From IMG/VR virus record IMGVR_UViG_3300029142_000012, positions 1 through 38,739 of that record: 38,739 nucleotides of DNA. One strand, 5' to 3'. The DNA comes from a virus (taxonomy: Duplodnaviria; Caudoviricetes). How positions within the stretch are numbered: the stretch's first letter is position 1; every line of letters begins with the position of its first letter. Below the pieces are notes generated by a model, which saw nothing but the letters and a program-made list of their open reading frames with translations, made no database searches and was not told where the DNA came from. Position numbers and translations under genes: made by a program. Of this stretch, positions 8,232-15,710 are shown piece by piece.

Positions 8232-8557
8232 GATGCAGGCTCCTGTGGTTGCTCTCTGCGGATCGTGGACCAGCCAGCGCGTTCGGCGTACTCAGCAAAA
8301 GCTTCCTCATACGAATCGAATTCGAGACGCTTCGCCGGTTCGACCCATCCAGCAACATACCACCCCGGTGCGAACACCGTCCACCGTTTCTCACCTGTTA
8401 GTTCGTTGGTTTCATGGAGGATCTGCCAACCGTACAACCTTTCGGGTTTCTGCTTCTTCCTGAACGGGTTCATCCGATTACCTTCCATATGATGTACACC
8501 CAAAGCAGGACCGTACCGACCAACCAGATAACCTGTCTCATTCGGTTTCCCTGACAA
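8228..8557 (-). CDS. Hypothetical protein
   Basis: Operon packing; real start possibly ATG 8473 after GGAAGG. Confidence 0.55.
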   Translation of the reverse strand: MSGKPNETGYLVGRYGPALGVHHMEGNRMNPFRKKQKPERLYGWQILHETNELTGEKRWTVFAPGWYVAGWVEPAKRLEFDSYEEAFAEYAERAGWSTIRREQPQEPAS

Positions 8558-9065
8558 GAACCAACAGGCCGGCGAGGATCAACCCTGCAGCGATAGCCAC
8601 CAAAGCCGGACCGTTACCCGCCCCCGTGAACGGAAGTTCCTCCAATGTAGTAGAGGGGTTTGTTGGCTGGGTCGTAGAGGAAGGAGGGGTACTCGAGGTT
8701 GTCTGTTCCACTGTGGTAGTCGTCGCCTCCGTCGTGGTGGTCGTCGCCTCCGAAGTGGTCGTCGTCGGTTGGGTCGTCGTCGTGGTTTCCACAGTGGACG
8801 TAGTGGTAACCTCCGGGTCGTGGCATTTCTCTACAGTGTCCCACGATGACCTTCCTTCCGGTGGCGGAACGTTGATGTTTTGTCCGTTGGTGCGGACGTT
8901 GAGTAACGGTTCAAACCCGTTTTCGTAGAAGTTGGCGTAGTCGTATGTTCCGGGAATGTACCCGGAGTGGTTGTGGTAGGTGTTGCAGTCGTTTTGGGCG
9001 AGTGCTGGTAGTCCGAATAGGACGACGATGAACGCTAAAGCGACAGCGAAATCTAGTTTCCTCAC
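8538..9065 (-). CDS. Sortase-anchored (LPXTG) surface protein with Thr-rich stalk
   Basis: Signal peptide ending ALA-Q, Cys-bracketed small domain, ~55 aa Thr/Ser tract, LPFTG, hydrophobic helix and charged tail. Confidence 0.85.
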   Translation of the reverse strand: MRKLDFAVALAFIVVLFGLPALAQNDCNTYHNHSGYIPGTYDYANFYENGFEPLLNVRTNGQNINVPPPEGRSSWDTVEKCHDPEVTTTSTVETTTTTQPTTTTSEATTTTTEATTTTVEQTTSSTPPSSTTQPTNPSTTLEELPFTGAGNGPALVAIAAGLILAGLLVLVRETE

Positions 9066-9166
9066 TTGTTTTTCCCCTCTAGTTGGCTTATTCGGTAAGC
9101 GTTTAACCGTTTACCGATCCTGGTCACTACTGGTTTCGACCAGCGGACAATCATGCGGCGGAACAT
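9062..9166 (-). CDS. Small basic peptide (34 aa)
   Basis: MFRRMIVRWSKP...; RBS GGGAG; fills the gap with a GTGA overlap. Confidence 0.4.
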   Translation of the reverse strand: MFRRMIVRWSKPVVTRIGKRLNAYRISQLEGKNK

Positions 9167-9463
9167 TCAGACCAGCTCCCTGACAACCAGAATGTTGTTA
9201 GCGACAACCACCGAATAAACCGTCAACGCCACAGTCAAAACAACCAAAGTCGTCTGAGGGGCATGACGAGTCCCGTACCAAACCATGAACCACAACAACA
9301 ACGGCGTGACAACCAGTTTCACAACAACACCCCACCAGTTACCAGCGACAGCAACCATCAGCGGGTTACCTTCGATACCGCCCAACGCCAACACGAGACG
9401 AGTGGTGATCAAGTCGAGTACAGCGAGAAAAGCCACACCCGTAGCAAGAGTTTTAGCGGCCAC
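9167..9463 (-). CDS. Membrane protein, DUF5658-like
   Basis: LD.ITT....LGGIEGNPLM motif; three hydrophobic helices. Confidence 0.7.
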   Translation of the reverse strand: MAAKTLATGVAFLAVLDLITTRLVLALGGIEGNPLMVAVAGNWWGVVVKLVVTPLLLWFMVWYGTRHAPQTTLVVLTVALTVYSVVVANNILVVRELV

Positions 9464-9609
9464 TACTGCGCCTTCCCCGGAGCGGGCAAGTCGAGAGCTT
9501 TCAACTGTTGGTAAACCCGTTGCGTCGAAACATCCAGTTCTTTAGCGATCTGCCTTACGGTCCAGCCCGCTTCGTAGAGTTCCTGTACTTGTCTGCGTTC
9601 CTCTGTCAT
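9463..9609 (-). CDS. Small helix-turn-helix protein (Cro-like first early gene)
   Basis: LYEAGWTVRQIAKELDVSTQRVYQQL; directly downstream of promoter. Confidence 0.8.
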   Translation of the reverse strand: MTEERRQVQELYEAGWTVRQIAKELDVSTQRVYQQLKALDLPAPGKAQ

Positions 9610-9625
9610 AGTTTCCACACCCCAC

Positions 9626-9653
9626 ACAATACACACGGTTTGCAAGTTGTCAA
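9626..9653 (-). promoter_or_regulatory. Early promoter with overlapping palindromic operator
   Basis: TTGACA (9653-9648), 16 nt spacer, TATTGT (9631-9626); imperfect palindrome ggtttgcaagttgtcaacc at 9637-9655. Confidence 0.65.
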
Positions 9654-9666
9654 CCCCCCTGGACGT

Positions 9667-9712
9667 AAAAGAACCCCCCGCCCTAACCCTTAGCGGGCAG
9701 AACGGGGGGTTC
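9667..9712 (-). terminator. Intrinsic terminator
   Basis: 10-bp stem GAACCCCCCG/CGGGGGGTTC followed by TTTT on minus strand. Confidence 0.7.
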
Positions 9713-9720
9713 AATCGAGG

Positions 9721-9798
9721 CGGGTTGGGTGCGGACCCAGGAACGGACAGGAACATTCCCAGGAAACGCGGGAGGGAAAACGCCCAACACCCAACCCG
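9721..9798. repeat. 11-bp inverted repeat enclosing CAGGAA repeats
   Basis: cgggttgggtg (9721-9731) pairs with cacccaacccg (9788-9798). Confidence 0.7.
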
Positions 9799-9802
9799 GA
9801 CT

Positions 9803-10807
9803 TTAACTATCTTGTAACGTGACTCCGTTAACTTCGACAGCCAACAACCCAGAATTCATAGTGTCGTAGTAGAACACGTGCGACACCTTGTTATTAGCAC
9901 CAAGAACAAACACGATCTGAGCCCGCCCGTCCTCGAGACTGACAAACTCGAAATGGCCCGGCACCAAAACATTCACATCAGTGAAATCACGGATGTCGGC
10001 TATAGCACCATCAGAACGGAACAAACCAACCCTAATATCATCAGGACCGTGGGGAACATACCCGTCGTAGTCGAAACCGGGTTCCAAAGCCGCCTGCTGG
10101 CAGTCCTCAGAAATTTCCATACCACCTTCATTAGCAACCGTGCCGTCGTAGTACCGTTGACCTTCCTCCATGTAAGTGTCGTTGACTTTCCCGTACCCCT
10201 GGCCCGTAGGCCGGACAATCGAGAACCGTGCAATGAACTCAGCCGGACGCGGTTCGGAGAAAACACCGAACGGGTTCGGATGCTGGTCGTACATGAAACC
10301 GTAAGCACACCGGTAACCTTCCCTATCACCCGACACCCACCAAGCGTGCTGGTGCATACCTGGTTGCGCTTCGGGATACAGGTACGGCATTCCATGCGCT
10401 AAATAGTCGAAGTCGGCGATGTTACGTTTACCGCCAGCGTTCAAATCGCATTGGACGGTTTCGGTAGTGATACACGCAATCTGGATACGGAACGACTCGT
10501 TACTGTTGAACCCCGGGATCGTCTGCTGTTGCGTCGGAGGGATTACAAGAACAGTCGGAACACTTGTTGTTGTCGTGGATGATGTTGTCGTTGAAGTTGT
10601 CGAGGAGGTCGTTGACGTACTCGTAGAGGTCGTAGTCGTCGGCTGGCATGATGGGTCCTCCACCCCGTGCAGGGCTTCTAAAGCGCATAAACGGTCCTGT
10701 ACGGCCTGGTCTAATGCGGGAGCGCCGACCGCTACCAAAGGCACCAGCAAAGCCAGCGAAGCGAACCACGCCACCCAAGAGACCGGTTTGGTGTGTTTGT
10801 GTCTCAC
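9803..10807 (-). CDS. Secreted or membrane-anchored protein with Thr/Ser linker
   Basis: N-terminal basic plus hydrophobic signal, TTTTSTSTSTTSSTTSTTTSSTTTTS linker, globular C-domain. Confidence 0.8.
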   Translation of the reverse strand: MRHKHTKPVSWVAWFASLALLVPLVAVGAPALDQAVQDRLCALEALHGVEDPSCQPTTTTSTSTSTTSSTTSTTTSSTTTTSVPTVLVIPPTQQQTIPGFNSNESFRIQIACITTETVQCDLNAGGKRNIADFDYLAHGMPYLYPEAQPGMHQHAWWVSGDREGYRCAYGFMYDQHPNPFGVFSEPRPAEFIARFSIVRPTGQGYGKVNDTYMEEGQRYYDGTVANEGGMEISEDCQQAALEPGFDYDGYVPHGPDDIRVGLFRSDGAIADIRDFTDVNVLVPGHFEFVSLEDGRAQIVFVLGANNKVSHVFYYDTMNSGLLAVEVNGVTLQDS

Positions 10808-10878
10808 TGTTTGACCGGAACTTTCTCCGGTACGGGAACGATCTCAATGATCTCCTTAGTTTTGCCGACATCGGCCAT
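10804..10878 (-). CDS. 24-aa peptide MADVGKTKEIIEIVPVPEKVPVKQ
   Basis: RBS AGGAG 7 nt upstream, own promoter candidate, GTGA overlap with next gene. Confidence 0.6.
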   Translation of the reverse strand: MADVGKTKEIIEIVPVPEKVPVKQ

Positions 10879-10899
10879 AATGCATCTCCTGTGCAATTG

Positions 10900-10931
10900 T
10901 TGAGTTTATGCGCTCCGCTTGCTAAAGTGAA
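10900..10931. promoter_or_regulatory. Overlapping divergent promoters
   Basis: Plus strand TTGAGT-17-(TGc)TAAAGT toward tRNAs; minus strand TTCACT-17-TAAACT toward peptide and secreted protein. Confidence 0.55.
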
Positions 10932-10985
10932 AAAACTAATGACACGTCACGCGCACCGATCGAGTAGCTCCTCCAACTGAATCTT

Positions 10986-11068
10986 GGAAGGTGCTGCTGC
11001 GTGGGTGGCGACTGGTTTTGAAAACCAGAGTGATGTGAAAGTCAGGGGTTCGACTCCTCCACCTTCCT
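10986..11068 (+). tRNA. tRNA-Ser (anticodon TGA), partly non-canonical
   Basis: Acceptor GGAAGGT/ACCTTCC, anticodon stem CTGGT/ACCAG with loop TTTGAAA, long variable arm, GGTTCGACTCC T-arm. Confidence 0.8.
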
Positions 11069-11073
11069 CTCAT

Positions 11074-11157
11074 GGAGGGTTGACCGAGAGGCAAGGTGCC
11101 TGGTTGCTAACCAGAGTCGGGTTAACGCCCTCGCAGGTTCGATCCCTGCACCCTCCG
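11074..11157 (+). tRNA. tRNA-Ser (anticodon GCT)
   Basis: Acceptor GGAGGGT/ACCCTCC with G discriminator, loop TTGCTAA, long variable arm, GCAGGTTCGATCCCTGC T-arm. Confidence 0.9.
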
Positions 11158-11158
11158 C

Positions 11159-11785
11159 TCACTCACCCCAGTAGAAAAATTTGGTTTGGTAGTGGTCCCG
11201 TAACTGGCGTGCAGCCTCCATCAACCAAGTGTCAGAATCCAACACGGCATGATCCGATTCGGTTGGTTCGTGAGCTGTGCACCAACACAACACCGGACCC
11301 ACCGGGCGGGGTTGCACACCAACAACAGGGTTCAAACACCCACCCTTAGCGCAGGACACTTCGAAATACCCTGAGACGATGCGGGCGTGTTGGGCTTTGT
11401 ACCCGCGTTCGCAGATAATCACCCGACCCCACAGTTCGACCGTACCGAACACGGACACTTTCCCGACGCGCATAGGCTCCCACTCAGTGAAAGTGTGGTC
11501 TGGGTGTTGAATGTACAACCCGCACGAACAGTCCGGGTGGGGAGCGTCAGTCCGGTTATGGTCGATTTGGGTTACACCCTGCGGGTAACATTTAGCTGTT
11601 TCAGGGTTAGACCATTCGTGGGGCATGTGCAACGACCGCAACCGGACACCCCCACTAGTAGGCACAACATGCCAAGACCTGTACCCGCGGACGGGTTCAT
11701 GGTCGAACCGGTCCGGAACAACCTCACCCCCAACATTACCGATAGGGTTACTACCCATCCAAGGGTAAGTAGGAAACATGGTCAC
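11159..11785 (-). CDS. Conserved-type Cys/His hypothetical protein
   Basis: EPVRGYRSW...APHPDCSCGLY...VFGTVELWGRVI..ERGYKAQHARI. Confidence 0.7.
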   Translation of the reverse strand: MTMFPTYPWMGSNPIGNVGGEVVPDRFDHEPVRGYRSWHVVPTSGGVRLRSLHMPHEWSNPETAKCYPQGVTQIDHNRTDAPHPDCSCGLYIQHPDHTFTEWEPMRVGKVSVFGTVELWGRVIICERGYKAQHARIVSGYFEVSCAKGGCLNPVVGVQPRPVGPVLCWCTAHEPTESDHAVLDSDTWLMEAARQLRDHYQTKFFYWGE

Positions 11786-12993
11786 TCCCTCGAGAACCCC
11801 ATCACATCGAAATTACTCCACCCGTCCGCTCCGACAGTGAACGTCACCGCCGCAGGCGGCGAATCCTCACCCGTCATATCAGCGAACCACTCCGAACCAC
11901 CGTCCATCGCAGGACACTGAATGATCGTCCGAGGCCCATACTCGCGGACCATCAAATGGTGGTGGTGTCCAACCAGGAGAACGTCAGCGTCGCCGATAGG
12001 CAACCTGCCCCTAGCCTGACCGTCCCACCAACGCATCATCTTGTCGTGGGGTTTCCCCCCACCCTTCGCCTGGTGTCCATGAACCAACCCCAAAATAGTC
12101 CCGTGGACATCAATCGTTTGAGTCAGGTCAGCGTCGGGAATGTGGAACCCGACGTTATCGAACCGTGGGTTCTCACCCATCAGTTCAGCGACAGGTTCAA
12201 ACAAACCGACATCCCAGTTGTCACCGAAATCCGTGAACGATTTACCGTTCGCACGGTTCTCGCCGTGGTTCCCACCGACCGGCAACACCACTACAGGAGC
12301 CAAATCAGCGAACGTTTTCAACCCTTGAGTTATCAAACGTCTAACGATCCGTTCCTGTTCGCGGAGGTTCCGGTCGACAGTGAACGTCTGCTGAGCGTAA
12401 AACCCGGCGCAGTTCTCGATGAGGTCCCCGAGGGAACACACCACTATCTGGTCGAAGTCGTGGGTTTTCGACAAATGTTTGAACCGGTCAACAGTCCGGT
12501 CGAACATGTCCAACAACCGGCGGATGGTCCCTTCAGTACCCCCGTCACCGTCGTTTTTGCCTACCTGCCAGTCCGCCCACGGCACCACAAACGAACTAGT
12601 ACCAGCCACAGTCTGGGGTTTGCGGGGTTTCCATTTCAGGATGAACTTACGTAGCTCCTCGTCCACTACCGAAGTTTGCCGTGCAATAATTTTCGCTTTG
12701 AAATACACGGCTGTTTCGATACGGCCCTCACCCAAGTTCATGTCCCAGGTGCGGACTTCGACGGGTGGTACCACTTCCACTTTCGACGGGTCTAACCCGG
12801 CGCGGCGTAAATGATGTTCCCACGGTTCGGCGTCGGGTTTCACCAGTTCCCCATCCGCGAGCGTCCGCGGGCGGGTAGTCAGGAAACCTTCAGCGTTTTC
12901 GTCTAGGACCGCTCCCGGCTCCCACCCCTTCGGGTGGGCAGGACGGGGTTTGCGGTCCTTCCGTGATTTCTCAACCAAACGGTCAACATCCAC
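11782..12993 (-). CDS. Calcineurin-like metallophosphoesterase / putative exonuclease
   Basis: ADWQ.GK, LGDLIE, GGNHGE, VHGH and GHHH motifs; likely GTG start at 12993. Confidence 0.85.
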   Translation of the reverse strand: MDVDRLVEKSRKDRKPRPAHPKGWEPGAVLDENAEGFLTTRPRTLADGELVKPDAEPWEHHLRRAGLDPSKVEVVPPVEVRTWDMNLGEGRIETAVYFKAKIIARQTSVVDEELRKFILKWKPRKPQTVAGTSSFVVPWADWQVGKNDGDGGTEGTIRRLLDMFDRTVDRFKHLSKTHDFDQIVVCSLGDLIENCAGFYAQQTFTVDRNLREQERIVRRLITQGLKTFADLAPVVVLPVGGNHGENRANGKSFTDFGDNWDVGLFEPVAELMGENPRFDNVGFHIPDADLTQTIDVHGTILGLVHGHQAKGGGKPHDKMMRWWDGQARGRLPIGDADVLLVGHHHHLMVREYGPRTIIQCPAMDGGSEWFADMTGEDSPPAAVTFTVGADGWSNFDVMGFSRE

Positions 12994-13225
12994 AGGACGT
13001 GTCCGGGTTGAAATGTGCGTACACCCGTTTGATCGGAGCGACCACACCGAACTCCTCGTTGAGGATCTTGTGGATGTCCTGTTTGTTTAACTCGTCGTAG
13101 TCGTATTGTTCGAGTGCGGCCACGTACGCGGCGGTGTCGCCTTCCATGTACGGGAACGGGCACCCTTTGTTTTGTTTCCGCCCGAGCGACCGGGCTACTA
13201 GATCGTTGATGTCCCTCGCCATCAC
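12983..13225 (-). CDS. Hypothetical protein
   Basis: GCP...H....CSC-type motif; overlaps the phosphoesterase start. Confidence 0.65.
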   Translation of the reverse strand: MMARDINDLVARSLGRKQNKGCPFPYMEGDTAAYVAALEQYDYDELNKQDIHKILNEEFGVVAPIKRVYAHFNPDTSCGC

Positions 13226-13232
13226 AAACCCC

Positions 13233-13406
13233 TTAAACTGGTGTCACTTGCGAACGGACAGCCACAGACAACACCGCAGCAGCCGCAGCGTTGATAAGTG
13301 ACGCCTGTTCGATAGTGATGTCCAAACCGAACCCGACAGCCAACGCAATAACAGCGTTCACAGCTCCCAGGATCAGGGCCGGTTCACGGTCAAACAGATT
13401 TCCCAT
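13233..13406 (-). CDS. Holin (57 aa)
   Basis: MGNLFDREPALILGAVNAVIALAVGFGLDIT.EQ...VRSQVTPV; two TM helices; RBS GGGAG; downstream of endolysin. Confidence 0.75.
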   Translation of the reverse strand: MGNLFDREPALILGAVNAVIALAVGFGLDITIEQASLINAAAAAVLSVAVRSQVTPV

Positions 13407-13501
13407 AGTTATCTCCCTATTTGTCTAGTGGTCAGTACCCGAACAGTAAAAAGAATGCGTTAGAACGCAACGTCGAAGGTATCCCCAGGTCAAAGGGCTT
13501 T

Positions 13502-13771
13502 TCATGTTTCGTGTAGGAGGGTTTCGACGTCACAGTTGATCTGCCGGACCATATCCTTCACTGTCTGCCCCCCGTTGTACGAAAGTTCGTCCTGGACGGA
13601 AGCCAAAGCGTCGTCAATGTCGGACTTCCACCGGTCCTGCAACGAGTCGCCTATCTTGTCGACGACTTGGAAAGCGATAGCAGTCGTCGCGTACGCTGTC
13701 ACCCATTTGAGGGCAGCTAACAGCAACCCGCCGACGACAATCGCCGAAACTGTCCACGCCGCGCCGCTCAT
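13502..13771 (-). CDS. Membrane protein in lysis cassette
   Basis: N-terminal TM helix, EL.YNGG.TVKD motif; follows endolysin. Confidence 0.7.
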   Translation of the reverse strand: MSGAAWTVSAIVVGGLLLAALKWVTAYATTAIAFQVVDKIGDSLQDRWKSDIDDALASVQDELSYNGGQTVKDMVRQINCDVETLLHET

Positions 13772-14598
13772 TCGGCTAACCGTCGCGCTTGTTCATCGTT
13801 CACAGCGTCCGCTATCTCAGCCAAATCCTCGTCGTCGATATCGGCCATAGCCGTAGTACCAAGCATTCCGGCACGATGAGCAACAATCAACTCGCTGATG
13901 TTGCGGTAGTTGCGGTCCAACGCAAGCGCGGCGGTGATACCGGACTGGACGTTGTGTTCCCACACGGCTTGAGCTACTTCTTCGGCGGTCGGCATATCGT
14001 CCTCCATTAAGGCGAGAGTGTCAGCCCGGATACCGGGCATAGGGTTAACAGTTCCGTTCCATTTCGGATCGGTTTTGCGTAGGGTCCATTCACGGTGCCC
14101 CAAAAGTCTAGTGAGAGGGTACCAACCCATGTGCGTGAGGATCACCGCGTTAGTACGGATCAGAGCGTCGTACTGGACTTCGACTATCGGCCCGCCGTCG
14201 CCTTTGTGCTGCACTTCAATATCGACGAAGTAGGGGTTGCCGAGTATCCGGTCGTCCGCGGTGTGGTCGGTGGGTTCCTCAATCGGCCAGTCGTTACGGA
14301 CCCTGGTTAACACGTTCGGGTCGCCCTGCCCCGAATCGTACGCGTACCCAGCGTTCAACACGGCCACTACCCCATTCGGTCTAATAGTGATGTTGCACGA
14401 ATCCTCGAGCCGGGTGTTCGACCAGTACGGCGGGTCCGGGTAGTTGTACAGGATCGAAGAACCTGCAGTGTGATGGTTCAACAACCCCACAGGGTTGTAA
14501 CTGTTCAACGTCGGCGACGACCGGGTTTCCCAACCAGTGTGTTCCTCCACGTTCAGGCCGGCGGCAGTGAGTTCGTCGGCCAACCATGTGAGCATCAC
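13768..14598 (-). CDS. Endolysin, N-acetylmuramoyl-L-alanine amidase
   Basis: WLAD.L.AAGL.V.E..GW.TR, HHTAG, IEVQH and GHREWT.RK.DP amidase_2 motifs. Confidence 0.9.
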   Translation of the reverse strand: MMLTWLADELTAAGLNVEEHTGWETRSSPTLNSYNPVGLLNHHTAGSSILYNYPDPPYWSNTRLEDSCNITIRPNGVVAVLNAGYAYDSGQGDPNVLTRVRNDWPIEEPTDHTADDRILGNPYFVDIEVQHKGDGGPIVEVQYDALIRTNAVILTHMGWYPLTRLLGHREWTLRKTDPKWNGTVNPMPGIRADTLALMEDDMPTAEEVAQAVWEHNVQSGITAALALDRNYRNISELIVAHRAGMLGTTAMADIDDEDLAEIADAVNDEQARRLAE

Positions 14599-15139
14599 GC
14601 CGGAATGACCGTAATCCTACGGTCTTCAAAGTTGCCGGTACCGCCAGACACCCGGTATTTAGACGTGAACGTGTTCGACCCTGCGGTGAGCCCAGTACGA
14701 ATATGGAAGTTGCAGGGGGTTCCTACTTGGTCCGCCGGGTCGGATTCTAGGTGAGCGGAAACGTTGTCCGACGCCGACGAGGTTGTAGACCCCGAAATAG
14801 CGTATGACATGTACGAAACGTTGCCGAGCGTGCCGTTGTTGATCCTAGCAACCACAGCAACACAAACCCTAGTACCGGTTGTGATTGTGACCGCCGGTCC
14901 CGCAGTGGTCAGGTCGGTATACGATGTGGACGTAGTTGACTGTTGAGTGGTTACCGCGGCCCCGTCAGCAGCCCGTTCAACAACAGTGTTAGTACCGCCA
15001 GACATTAAGAACCCGGCGGCGGTCGTCGCTTTTGCCGTACCCGTTTCCAAAAAGTTGTCGCGGACGTGAGTGTTCATGTGACTTGCTGTGACTACTTCAC
15101 TAGTCAAGTCACCCATGTGCGAGGTGCAGTCCAGGCCAT
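14595..15139 (-). CDS. Minor tail protein with 5-bp duplication near the start (frameshift, or restart at ATG 15116)
   Basis: RBS AAAGGAG before ATG 15139 gives MAWTAPRTWVT-stop; removing one AGTCA copy (15102-15111) restores MAWTAPRTWVTSEVVTASHMNTHVRDN. Confidence 0.7.
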
Positions 15140-15184
15140 AGGTGAATCTCCTTTCTATCGTAGATGAGTGTTAAACTTCATCTA

Positions 15185-15697
15185 ATGAAATATGTTGTTG
15201 AGGTGTCGCCCAAACCGGGGCGGGAAGAACTGAAGTGGGCGATGAGATTTACTGTTCGAGCTCGGGATCGGGTTTGTCAGACCTGCGGTACATCAAACCA
15301 GCCGCTTGATGTTGCCCACATCAAAAGCAGAACAGCACGTCCAGACCTTGAGTGGGAACCCTCTAACGCCCGACTTCTATGTCGGTCGTGCCACATGGCT
15401 GCAGATCACAGAGACGGACATAGACCATCTGGGCGCCCAGATGGATACCGTATGAGCGAAGAAAGTAAACGGAAAATAAGTGAAGGGGGGCGGCGAGCTA
15501 AGGCTAACCCCGAATGGCGTAGGAAGGCGAGCGAGCGATCTAAGATGCAATGGGATGAAAGGGGACGGAAACCGCAACGCGATTGCGAGAACTGCGGCAA
15601 ACCCTTAACTAGAATTCAACTGACCCGAAACTACCGCTTTTGTGGGAAGGATTGCCGCTACTCCTTCGCAACAGGGAAGCCAAGAACTGGCTGGTAA
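15185..15697 (+). CDS. Free-standing HNH homing endonuclease with NUMOD3-like and zinc-finger domains
   Basis: VRARD..CQTCG...VAHIK...NARLLCRSCH; MSEESKRKISE; CENCG..FCGKDC; likely leaderless start 15185 (longest ORF starts 15164). Confidence 0.85.
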   Translation: MKYVVEVSPKPGREELKWAMRFTVRARDRVCQTCGTSNQPLDVAHIKSRTARPDLEWEPSNARLLCRSCHMAADHRDGHRPSGRPDGYRMSEESKRKISEGGRRAKANPEWRRKASERSKMQWDERGRKPQRDCENCGKPLTRIQLTRNYRFCGKDCRYSFATGKPRTGW

Positions 15698-15710
15698 GGC
15701 CATTTTTTTT
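15687..15710 (+). terminator. Possible weak terminator after HNH
   Basis: TGGC..GCCA hairpin followed by a T8 run. Confidence 0.35.

Noticed and set aside
8690-8810. gtc/gtg triplet runs here and at 10565-10640 resembling a repeat array or CRISPR
   Set aside because: They are Thr/Ser codon runs in protein linkers, with no repeat-spacer structure
10986-11068. Possible selenocysteine or opal-suppressor tRNA
   Set aside because: The anticodon reads TGA (decodes UCA, Ser), not TCA; TGA is used as a normal stop throughout
10986-11157. tRNAs as an attP or integration site
   Set aside because: No integrase is recognisable and both tRNAs are full length with their own promoter candidate
10984-11349. 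121-aa plus-strand ORF
   Set aside because: It runs through the two tRNA genes and antisense to a real gene
13407-13501. Possible small ORF or RNA between lysis genes
   Set aside because: Only a 26-aa ORF without features and no convincing structure
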